Below are positions 53,400-64,000 of a DNA stretch of 64,000 nucleotides, in pieces. Location: contig OZ059894.1 of NCBI GenBank assembly GCA_964057225.1, positions 24,118,001 to 24,182,000 of the forward strand, read 5' to 3'. Each line of letters begins with the position of its first letter. Positions within the stretch are counted from its first letter, which is position 1. The translations under genes and the position numbers were made by a program. The notes below the pieces were generated by a model that had not been told where the DNA came from, searched no databases, and saw only the letters and a list, made by a program, of their open reading frames with translations. This DNA comes from Auanema rhodensis (taxonomy: Eukaryota > Animalia > Nematoda).

Positions 53400-56300
53400 C
53401 ATATTAGTCTAAAAACAAATTTTTATTGATATTGGTTCATGGTAACCATGACTTTGAAATTTACGTGAACTTTAATTTATGCTAATTAAATGTACACGTG
53501 ATGTGCACTTGGTATGTAACTCGCTTCACGTGAAAGATAAAGAGATGCGGTTTTCAAAATTAGATTCCCCATGTCCATATTAGTCTAAAAACAAATTTTT
53601 ATTGATATTGGTTCATGGTAACCATGACTTTGAAATTTACGTGAACTTTAATTTATGCTAATTAAATGTACACGTGATGTGCCCTTGGTATGTAACTCGC
53701 TTCACGTGAAAGATAAAGAGATCCGGTTTTCAAAATTAGATTCCCCATGTCCATATTAGTCTAAAAACAAATTTTTATTGATATTGGTGCATGGTAACCA
53801 TGACTTTGAAATTTACGTGAACTTTAATTTATGCTAATTAAATGTACACGTGATGTGCACTTGGTATGTAACTCGCTTCACGTGAAAGATAAAGAAATGC
53901 GGTTTTCAAAATTAGATTCCCCATGTCCATATTAGTCTAAAAACAAATTTTTATTGATATTGGTGCATGGTAACCATGACTTTGAAATTTACGTGAACTT
54001 TAATTTATGCTAATTAAATGTACACGTGATGTGCACTCGGTATGTAACTCGCTTCACGTGAAAGATAAAGAGATGCGGTTTTCAAAATTAAATTTCCCAT
54101 GTCCATATTAGTCTAAAAACAAATTTTTATTGATATTGGTGCATGGTAACCATGACTTTGAAATTTACGTGAACTTTAATTTATGCTAATTAAATGTACA
54201 CGTGATGTGCACTTGGTATGTAACTCGCTTCACGTGAAAGATAAAGAGATGCGGTTTTCAAAATTAGATTCCCCATGTCCATATTAGTCTAAAAACAAAT
54301 TTTTATTGATATTGGTTCATGATAACCATGACTTTGAAATTTACGTGAACTTTAATTTATGCTAATTAAATGTACACGTGATGTGCACTTGGTATGTAAC
54401 TCGCTTCACGTGAAAGATAAAGAGATGCGGTTTTCAAAATTAGATTCCCCATGTCCATATTAGTCTAAAAACAAATTTTTATTGATATTGGTTCATGGTA
54501 ACCATGACTTTGAAATTTACGTGAACTTTAATTTATGCTAATTAAATGTACACGTGATGTGCACTTGGTATGTAACTCGCTTCACGTGAAAGATAAAGAA
54601 ATGCGGTTTTCAAAATTAGATTCCCCATGTCCATATTAGTCTAAAAACAAATTTTTATTGATATTGGTGCATGGTAACCATGACTTTGAAATTTACGTGA
54701 ACTTTAATTTATGCTAATTAAATGTACACGTGATGTGCACTCGGTATGTAACTCGCTTCACGTGAAAGATAAAGAGATGCGGTTTTCAAAATTAAATTTC
54801 CCATGTCCATATTAGTCTAAAAACAAATTTTTATTGATATTGGTGCATGGTAACCATGACTTTGAAATTTACGTGAACTTTAATTTATGCTAATTAAATG
54901 TACACGTGATGTGCACTTGGTATGTAACTCGCTTCACGTGAAAGATAAAGAGATGCGGTTTTCAAAATTAGATTCCCCATGTCCATATTAGTCTAAAAAC
55001 AAATTTTTATTGATATTGGTTCATGATAACCATGACTTTGAAATTTACGTGAACTTTAATTTATGCTAATTAAATGTACACGTGATGTGCACTTGGTATG
55101 TAACTCGCTTCACGTGAAAGATAAAGAGATGCGGTTTTCAAAATTAGATTCCCCCTGTCCATATTAGTCTAAAAACAAATTTTTATTGATATTGGTTCAT
55201 GGTAACCATGACTTTGAAATTTACGTGAACTTTAATTTATGCTAATTAAATGTACACGTGATGTGCACTTGGTATGTAACTCGCTTCACGTGAAAGATAA
55301 AGAGATGCGGTTTTCAAAATTAGATTCCCCATGTCCATATTAGTCTAAATACAAATTTTTATTGATATTGGTTCATGGTAACCATGACTTTGAAATTTAC
55401 GTGAACTTTAATTTATGCTAATTAAATGTACACGTGATGTGCACTTGGTATGTAACTCGCTTCACGTGAAAGATAAAGAGATGCGGTTTTCAAAATTAGA
55501 TTCCCCATGTCCATATTAGTCTAAAAACAAATTTTTATTGATATTGGTGCATGGTAACCATGACTTTGAAATTTACGTGAACTTTAATTTATGCTAATTA
55601 AATGTACACGTGATGTGCCCTTGGTATGTAACTCGCTTCACGTGAAAGATAAAGAGATGCGGTTTTCAAAATTAGATTCCCCATGTCCATATTAGTCTAA
55701 AAACAAATTTTTATTGATATTGGTGCATGGTAACCATGACTTTGAAATTTACGTGAACTTTAATTTATGCTAATTAAATGTACACGTGATGTGCACTTGG
55801 TATGTAACTCGCTTCACGTGAAAGATAAAGAGATGCGGTATTCAAAATTAAATTTCCCATGTCCATATTAGTCTAAAAACAAATTTTTATTGATATTGGT
55901 GCATGGTAACCATGACTTTGAAATTTACGTGAACTTTAATTTATGCTAATTAAATGTACACGTGATGTGCACTTGGTATGTAACTCGCTTCACGTGAAAG
56001 ATAAAGAGATGCGGTTTTCAAAACTAGATTCCCCATGTCCATATTAGTCTAAAAACAAATTTTTATTGATATTGGTTCATGGTAACCATGACTTTGAAAT
56101 TTACGTGAACTTTCATTTATGCTAATTAAATGTACACGTGATGTGCACTTGGTATGTAACTCGCTTCACGTGAAAGATAAAGAGATGCGGTTTCCAAAAT
56201 TAGATTCCCCATGTCCATATTAGTCTAAAAAAAATTTTTTATTGATATTGGTTCATGGTAACCATGACTTTGAAATTTACGTGAACTTTAATTTATGCTA

Positions 56301-59300
56301 ATTAAATGTACACGTGATGTGCACTTGGTATGTAACTCGCTTCACGTGAAAGATAAAGAGATGCGGTTTTCAAAATTAGATTCCCCATGTCCATATTAGT
56401 CTAAAAACAAATTTTTATTGATATTGGTTCATGATAACCATGACTTTGAAATTTACGTGAACTTTAATTTATGCTAATTAAATGTACACGTGATGTGCAC
56501 TTGGTATGTAACTCGCTTCACGTGAAAGATAAAGAGATGCGGTTTTCAAAATTAGATTCCCCATGTCCATATTAGTCTAAAAACAAATTTTTATTGATAT
56601 TGGTGCATGGTAACCATGACTTTGAAATTTACGTGAACTTTAATTTATGCTAATTAAATGTACACGTGATGTGCACTTGGTATGTAACTCGCTTCACGTG
56701 AAAGATAAAGAGATGCCGTTTTCAAAATTAGATTCCTCATGTCCATATTAGTCTAAAAACAAATTTTTATTGATATTGGTGCATGGTAACCATGACTTTG
56801 AAATTTACGTGAACTTTAATTTATGCTAATTAAATGTACACGTGATGTGCACTTGGTATGTAACTCGCTTCACGTGAAAGATAAAGAGATGCGGTTTCCA
56901 AAATTAGATTCCCCATGTCCATATTAGTCTAAAAAAAAATTTTTATTGATATTGGTTCATGGTAACCATGACTTTGAAATTTACGTGAACTTTAATTTAT
57001 GCTAATTAAATGTACACGTGATGTGCACTTGGTATGTAACTCGCTTCACGTGAAAGATAAAGAGATGCCGTTTTCAAAATTAGATTCCTCATGTCCATAT
57101 TAGTCTAAAAACAAATTTTTATTGATATTGGTGCATGGTAACCATGACTTTGAAATTTACGTGAACTTTAATTTATGCTAATTAAATGTACACGTGATGT
57201 GCACTTGGTATGTAACTCGCTTCACGTGAAAGATAAAGAGATGCCGTTTTCAAAATTAGATTCCTCATGTCCATATTAGTCTAAAAACAAATTTTTATTG
57301 ATATTGGTGCATGGTAACCATGACTTTGAAATTTACGTGAACTTTAATTTATGCTAATTAAATGTACACGTGATGTGCACTTGGTATGTAACTCGCTTCA
57401 CGTGAAAGATAAAGAGATGCGGTTTTTAAAATTAGATTCCCCATGTCCATATTAGTCTAAAAACAAATTTTTATTGATATTGGTTCATGGTAACCATGAC
57501 TTTGAAATTTACGTGAACTTTAATTTATGCTAATTAAATGTACACGTGATGTGCACTTGGTATGTAACTCGCTTCACGTGAAAGATAAAGAGATGCCGTT
57601 TTCAAAATTAGATTCCTCATGTCCATATTAGTCTAAAAACAAATTTTTATTGATATTGGTGCATGGTAACCATGACTTTGAAATTTACGTGAACTTTAAT
57701 TTATGCTAATTAAATGTACACGTGATGTGCACTTGGTATGTAACTCGCTTCACGTGAAAGATAAAGAGATGCCGTTTTCAAAATTAGATTCCTCATGTCC
57801 ATATTAGTCTAAAAACAAATTTTTATTGATATTGGTGCATGGTAACCATGACTTTGAAATTTACGTGAACTTTAATTTATGCTAATTAAATGTACACGTG
57901 ATGTGCACTTGGTATGTAACTCGCTTCACGTGAAAGATAAAGAGATGCGGTTTTCAAAATTAGATTCCCCATGTCCATATTAGTCTAAAAACAAATTTTT
58001 ATTGATATTGGTTCATGGTAACCATGACTTTGAAATTTACGTGAACTTTAATTTATGCTAATTAAATGTACACGTGATGTGCACTTGGTATGTAACTCGC
58101 TTCACGTGAAAGATAAAGAGATGCGGTTTTCAAAATTAGATTCCCCATGTCCATATTAGTCTAAAAACAAATTTTTATTGATATTGGTGCATGGTAACCA
58201 TGACTTTGAAATTTACGTGAACTTTAATTTATGCTAATTAAATGTACACGTGATGTGCACTTGGTATGTAACTCGCTTCACGTGAAAGATAAAGAGATGC
58301 CGTTTTCAAAATTAGATTCCTCATGTCCATATTAGTCTAAAAACAAATTTTTATTGATATTGGTGCATGGTAACCATGACTTTGAAATTTACGTGAACTT
58401 TAATTTATGCTAATTAAATGTACACGTGATGTGCACTTGGTATGTAACTCGCTTCACGTGAAAGATAAAGAGATGCGGTTTTCAAAATTAAATTTCCCAT
58501 GTCCATATTAGTCTAAAAACAAATTTTTATTGATATTGGTGCATGGTAACCATGACTTTGAAATTTACGTGAACTTTAATTTATGCTAATTAAATGTACA
58601 CGTGATGTGCACTTGGTATGTAACTCGCTTCACGTGAAAGATAAAGAGATGCCGTTTTCAAAATTAGATTCCTCATGTCCATATTAGTCTAAAAACAAAT
58701 TTTTATTGATATTGGTGCATGGTAACCATGACTTTGAAATTTACGTGAACTTTAATTTATGCTAATTAAATGTACACGTGATGTGCACTTGGTATGTAAC
58801 TCGCTTCACGTGAAAGATAAAGAGATGCGGTTTTCAAAATTAGATTCCCCATGTCCATATTGGTCTAAAAACAAATTTTTATTGATATTGGTTCATGGTA
58901 ACCATGACTTTGAAATTTAAGTGAACTTTAATTTATGCTAATTAAATGTACACGTGATGTGCACTTGGTATGTAACTCGCTTCACGTGAAAGATAAAGAG
59001 ATGCGGTTTTCAAAATTAGATTCCCCATGTCCATATTAGTCTAAAAACAAATTTTTATTGATATTGGTTCATGGTAACCATGACTTTGAAATTTACGTGA
59101 ACTTTAATTTATGCTAATTAAATGTACACGTGATGTGCCCTTGGTATGTAACTCGCTTCACGTGAAAGATAAAGAGATGCGGTTTTCAAAATTAGATTCC
59201 CCATGTCCATATTAGTCTAAAAACAAATTTTTATTGATATTGGTGCATGGTAACCATGACTTTGAAATTTACGTGAACTTTAATTTATGCTAATTAAATG

Positions 59301-62300
59301 TACACGTGATGTGCACTTGGTATGTAACTCGCTTCACGTGAAAGATAAAGAAATGCGGTTTTCAAAATTAGATTCCCCATGTCCATATTAGTCTAAAAAC
59401 AAATTTTTATTGATATTGGTGCATGGTAACCATGACTTTGAAATTTACGTGAACTTTAATTTATGCTAATTAAATGTACACGTGATGTGCACTCGGTATG
59501 TAACTCGCTTCACGTGAAAGATAAAGAGATGCGGTTTTCAAAATTAAATTTCCCATGTCCATATTAGTCTAAAAACAAATTTTTATTGATATTGGTGCAT
59601 GGTAACCATGACTTTGAAATTTACGTGAACTTTAATTTATGCTAATTAAATGTACACGTGATGTGCACTTGGTATGTAACTCGCTTCACGTGAAAGATAA
59701 AGAGATGTGGTTTTCAAAATTAGATTCCCCATGTCCATATTAGTCTAAAAACAAATTTTTATTGATATTGGTTCATGATAACCATGACTTTGAAATTTAC
59801 GTGAACTTTAATTTATGCTAATTAAATGTACACGTGATGTGCACTTGGTATGTAACTCGCTTCACGTGAAAGATAAAGAGATGCGGTTTTCAAAATTAGA
59901 TTCCCCATGTCCATATTAGTCTAAAAACAAATTTTTATTGATATTGGTTCATGGTAACCATGACTTTGAAATTTACGTGAACTTTAATTTATGCTAATTA
60001 AATGTACACGTGATGTGCACTTGGTATGTAACTCGCTTCACGTGAAAGATAAAGAAATGCGGTTTTCAAAATTAGATTCCCCATGTCCATATTAGTCTAA
60101 AAACAAATTTTTATTGATATTGGTGCATGGTAACCATGACTTTGAAATTTACGTGAACTTTAATTTATGCTAATTAAATGTACACGTGATGTGCACTCGG
60201 TATGTAACTCGCTTCACGTGAAAGATAAAGAGATGCGGTTTTCAAAATTAAATTTCCCATGTCCATATTAGTCTAAAAACAAATTTTTATTGATATTGGT
60301 GCATGGTAACCATGACTTTGAAATTTACGTGAACTTTAATTTATGCTAATTAAATGTACACGTGATGTGCACTTGGTATGTAACTCGCTTCACGTGAAAG
60401 ATAAAGAGATGCGGTTTTCAAAATTAGATTCCCCATGTCCATATTAGTCTAAAAACAAATTTTTATTGATATTGGTTCATGATAACCATGACTTTGAAAT
60501 TTACGTGAACTTTAATTTATGCTAATTAAATGTACACGTGATGTGCACTTGGTATGTAACTCGCTTCACGTGAAAGATAAAGAGATGCGGTTTTCAAAAT
60601 TAGATTCCCCCTGTCCATATTAGTCTAAAAACAAATTTTTATTGATATTGGTTCATGGTAACCATGACTTTGAAATTTACGTGAACTTTAATTTATGCTA
60701 ATTAAATGTACACGTGATGTGCACTTGGTATGTAACTCGCTTCACGTGAAAGATAAAGAGATGCGGTTTTCAAAATTAGATTCCCCATGTCCATATTAGT
60801 CTAAAAACAAATTTTTATTGATATTGGTTCATGGTAACCATGACTTTGAAATTTACGTGAACTTTAATTTATGCTAATTAAATGTACACGTGATGTGCAC
60901 TTGGTATGTAACTCGCTTCACGTGAAAGATAAAGAGATGCGGTTTTCAAAATTAGATTCCCCATGTCCATATTAGTCTAAAAACAAATTTTTATTGATAT
61001 TGGTGCATGGTAACCATGACTTTGAAATTTACGTGAACTTTAATTTATGCTAATTAAATGTACACGTGATGTGCCCTTGGTATGTAACTCGCTTCACGTG
61101 AAAGATAAAGAGATGCGGTTTTCAAAATTAGATTCCCCATGTCCATATTAGTCTAAAAACAAATTTTTATTGATATTGGTGCATGGTAACCATGACTTTG
61201 AAATTTACGTGAACTTTAATTTATGCTAATTAAATGTACACGTGATGTGCACTTGGTATGTAACTCGCTTCACGTGAAAGATAAAGAGATGCGGTTTCCA
61301 AAATTAGATTCCCCATGTCCATATTAGTCTAAAAACAAATTTTTATTGATATTGGTGCATGGTAACCATGACTTTGAAATTTACGTGAATTTTAATTTAT
61401 GCTAATTAAATGTACACGTGATGTGCACTTGGTATGTAACTAGCTTCACGTGAAAGATAAAGAGATGCGGTTTTCAAAATTAGATTCCCCATGTCCATAT
61501 TAGTCTAAAAACAAATTTTTATTGATATTGGTGCATGGTAACCATGACTTTGAAATTTACGTGAACTTCAATTTATGCTAATTAAATGTACACGTGATGT
61601 GCACTTGGTATGTAACTCGCTTCACGTGAAAGATAAAGAGATGCGGTTTTCAAAATTAGATTCCCCATGTCCATATTAGTCTAAAAACAAATTTTTATTG
61701 ATATTGGTGCATGGTAACCATGACTTTGAAATTTACGTGAACTTTAATTTATGCTAATTAAATGTACACGTGATGTGCACTTGGTATGTAACTCGCTTCA
61801 CGTGAAAGATAAAGAGATGCGGTATTCAAAATTAAATTTCCCATGTCCATATTAGTCTAAAAACAAATTTTTATTGATATTGGTGCATGGTAACCATGAC
61901 TTTGAAATTTACGTGAACTTTAATTTATGCTAATTAAATGTACACGTGATGTGCACTTGGTATGTAACTCGCTTCACGTGAAAGATAAAGAGATGCGGTT
62001 TTCAAAATTAGATTCCCCATGTCCATATTAGTCTAAAAACAAATTTTTATTGATATTGGTTCATGGTAACCATGACTTTGAAATTTACGTGAACTTTAAT
62101 TTATGCTAATTAAATGTACACGTGATGTGCCCTTGGTATGTAACTCGCTTCACGTGAAAGATAAAGAGATGCGGTTTTCAAAATTAGATTCCCCATGTCC
62201 ATATTAGTCTAAAAACAAATTTTTATTGATATTGGTGCATGGTAACCATGACTTTGAAATTTACGTGAACTTTAATTTATGCTAATTAAATGTACACGTG

Positions 62301-63400
62301 ATGTGCACTTGGTATGTAACTCGCTTCACGTGAAAGATAAAGAGATGCGGTATTCAAAATTAAATTTCCCATGTCCATATTAGTCTAAAAACAAATTTTT
62401 ATTGATATTGGTGCATGGTAACCATGACTTTGAAATTTACGTGAACTTTAATTTATGCTAATTAAATGTACACGTGATGTGCACTTGGTATGTAACTCGC
62501 TTCACGTGAAAGATAAAGAGATGCGGTTTTCAAAATTAGATTCCCCATGTCCATATTAGTCTAAAAACAAATTTTTATTGATATTGGTTCATGGTAACCA
62601 TGACTTTGAAATTTACGTGAACTTTAATTTATGCTAATTAAATGTACACGTGATGTGCACTTGGTATGTAACTCGCTTCACGTGAAAGATAAAGAGATGC
62701 GGTTTCCAAAATTAGATTCCCCATGTCCATATTAGTCTAAAAAAAAATTTTTATTGATATTGGTTCATGGTAACCATGACTTTGAAATTTACGTGAACTT
62801 TAATTTATGCTAATTAAATGTACACGTGATGTGCACTTGGTATGTAACTCGCTTCACGTGAAAGATAAAGAGATGCGGTTTTCAAAATTAGATTCCCCAT
62901 GTCCATATTAGTCTAAAAACAAATTTTTATTGATATTGGTTCATGATAACCATGACTTTGAAATTTACGTGAACTTTAATTTATGCTAATTAAATGTACA
63001 CGTGATGTGCACTTGGTATGTAACTCGCTTCACGTGAAAGATAAAGAGATGCGGTTTTCAAAATTAGATTCCCCATGTCCATATTAGTCTAAAAACAAAT
63101 TTTTATTGATATTGGTGCATGGTAACCATGACTTTGAAATTTACGTGAACTTTAATTTATGCTAATTAAATGTACACGTGATGTGCACTTGGTATGTAAC
63201 TCGCTTCACGTGAAAGATAAAGAGATGCCGTTTTCAAAATTAGATTCCTCATGTCCATATTAGTCTAAAAACAAATTTTTATTGATATTGGTGCATGGTA
63301 ACCATGACTTTGAAATTTACGTGAACTTTAATTTATGCTAATTAAATGTACACGTGATGTGCACTTGGTATGTAACTCGCTTCACGTGAAAGATAAAGAG
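53400..63400 (-). repeat. Nested duplication: a tandem 4-mer (704 bp) inside a block repeated at a 31- then 37-monomer offset
   Basis: 4-mer: 53896/54600, 54322/55026. Offset 5456: 53896/59352, 54322/59778, 54600/60056, 55026/60482, 55155/60611. Offset 6512: 55840/62352, 56194/62706, 56434/62946, 56717/63229. Confidence 0.87.
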
Positions 63401-64000
63401 ATGCGGTTTTCAAAATTAAATTTCCCATGTCCATATTAGTCTAAAAACAAATTTTTATTGATATTGGTGCATGGTAACCATGACTTTGAAATTTACGTGA
63501 ACTTTAATTTATGCTAATTAAATGTACACGTGATGTGCACTTGGTATGTAACTCGCTTCACTTGAAAGATAAAGAGATGCGGTTTTCAAAATTAGATTCC
63601 CCATGTCCATATTAGTCTAAAAACAAATTTTTATTGATATTGGTTCATGGTAACCATGACTTTGAAATTTACGTGAACTTTAATTTATGCTAATTAAATG
63701 TACACGTGATGTGCACTTGGTATGTAACTCGCTTCACGTGAAAGATAAAGAGATGCGGTTTCCAAAATTAGATTCCCCATGTCCATATTAGTCTAAAAAA
63801 AAATTTTTATTGATATTGGTTCATGGTAACCATGACTTTGAAATTTACGTGAACTTTAATTTATGCTAATTAAATGTACACGTGATGTGCACTTGGTATG
63901 TAACTCGCTTCACGTGAAAGATAAAGAGATGCCGTTTTCAAAATTAGATTCCTCATGTCCATATTAGTCTAAAAACAAATTTTTATTGATATTGGTGCAT

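Larger units (their letters stand above)
1..64000. repeat. 176-bp tandem satellite DNA array (~363 monomers), likely centromeric/pericentromeric type
   Basis: ACATGGGGAATC recurs at 1, 177, 353, 529, 705, 881 (period 176). Consensus in the left orientation: ACATGGGGAATCTAATTTTGAAAACCGCATCTCTTTATCTTTCACGTGAAGCGAGTTACATACCAAGTGCACATCACGTGTACATTTAATTAGCATAAATTAAAGTTCACGTAAATTTCAAAGTCATGGTTACCATGAACCAATATCAATAAAAATTTGTTTTTAGACTAATATGG. Copies typically differ from it by 0-5 substitutions, and the array runs off both window ends. The repeat call is direct; the centromeric role is inferred from length and homogeneity. Confidence 0.99.
5857..64000 (-). repeat. Satellite block B, ~330 monomers, reverse complement of block A
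   Basis: From 5857 the sequence reads AAATTAAATTTCCCATGTCCATATTAGTCTAAAAACAAAT..., the reverse complement of the block A monomer, and keeps this orientation to 64000. Confidence 0.98.

Noticed and set aside
1-64000. CRISPR array, attC cassette array or other repeat-spacer system
   Set aside because: There are no unique spacers; the entire 176-bp unit repeats, and no cas or integrase genes are present.

Overview
The whole 64 kb window is one highly homogeneous, AT-rich (about 32% GC by my count) tandem satellite with a 176-bp monomer, about 363 copies. There are no genes, RNA genes, transposons or CRISPR arrays. Monomer length and homogeneity resemble eukaryotic centromeric or pericentromeric satellite; that is inference, and I cannot name the organism or family. 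The main structural event is a strand switch at ~5857-5858: ~33 monomers run one way and ~330 run as the reverse complement. This creates a multi-kb quasi-palindrome with a ~30-bp spacer whose breakpoint fuses two short palindromes. Only two phase-changing indels are visible: a 5-bp TCCAT tandem duplication at 23298-23307 and a 1-bp deletion at 43607/43608. Diagnostic SNPs show nested, locally changing higher-order repeats (offsets of 3, 4, 5, 6, 7, 8, 10, 19, 20, 27/29, 31/37 and 54 monomers) and regional variant domains. The monomer is rich in dyads: three TCACGT cores 32-33 bp apart, a 15-bp interrupted palindrome and a 22-bp quasi-palindrome. Several recurrent variants perfect these dyads. 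The two 60-aa ORFs are artefacts of one stop-removing SNP. All offsets were read by eye from marker SNPs, and block boundaries are approximate.
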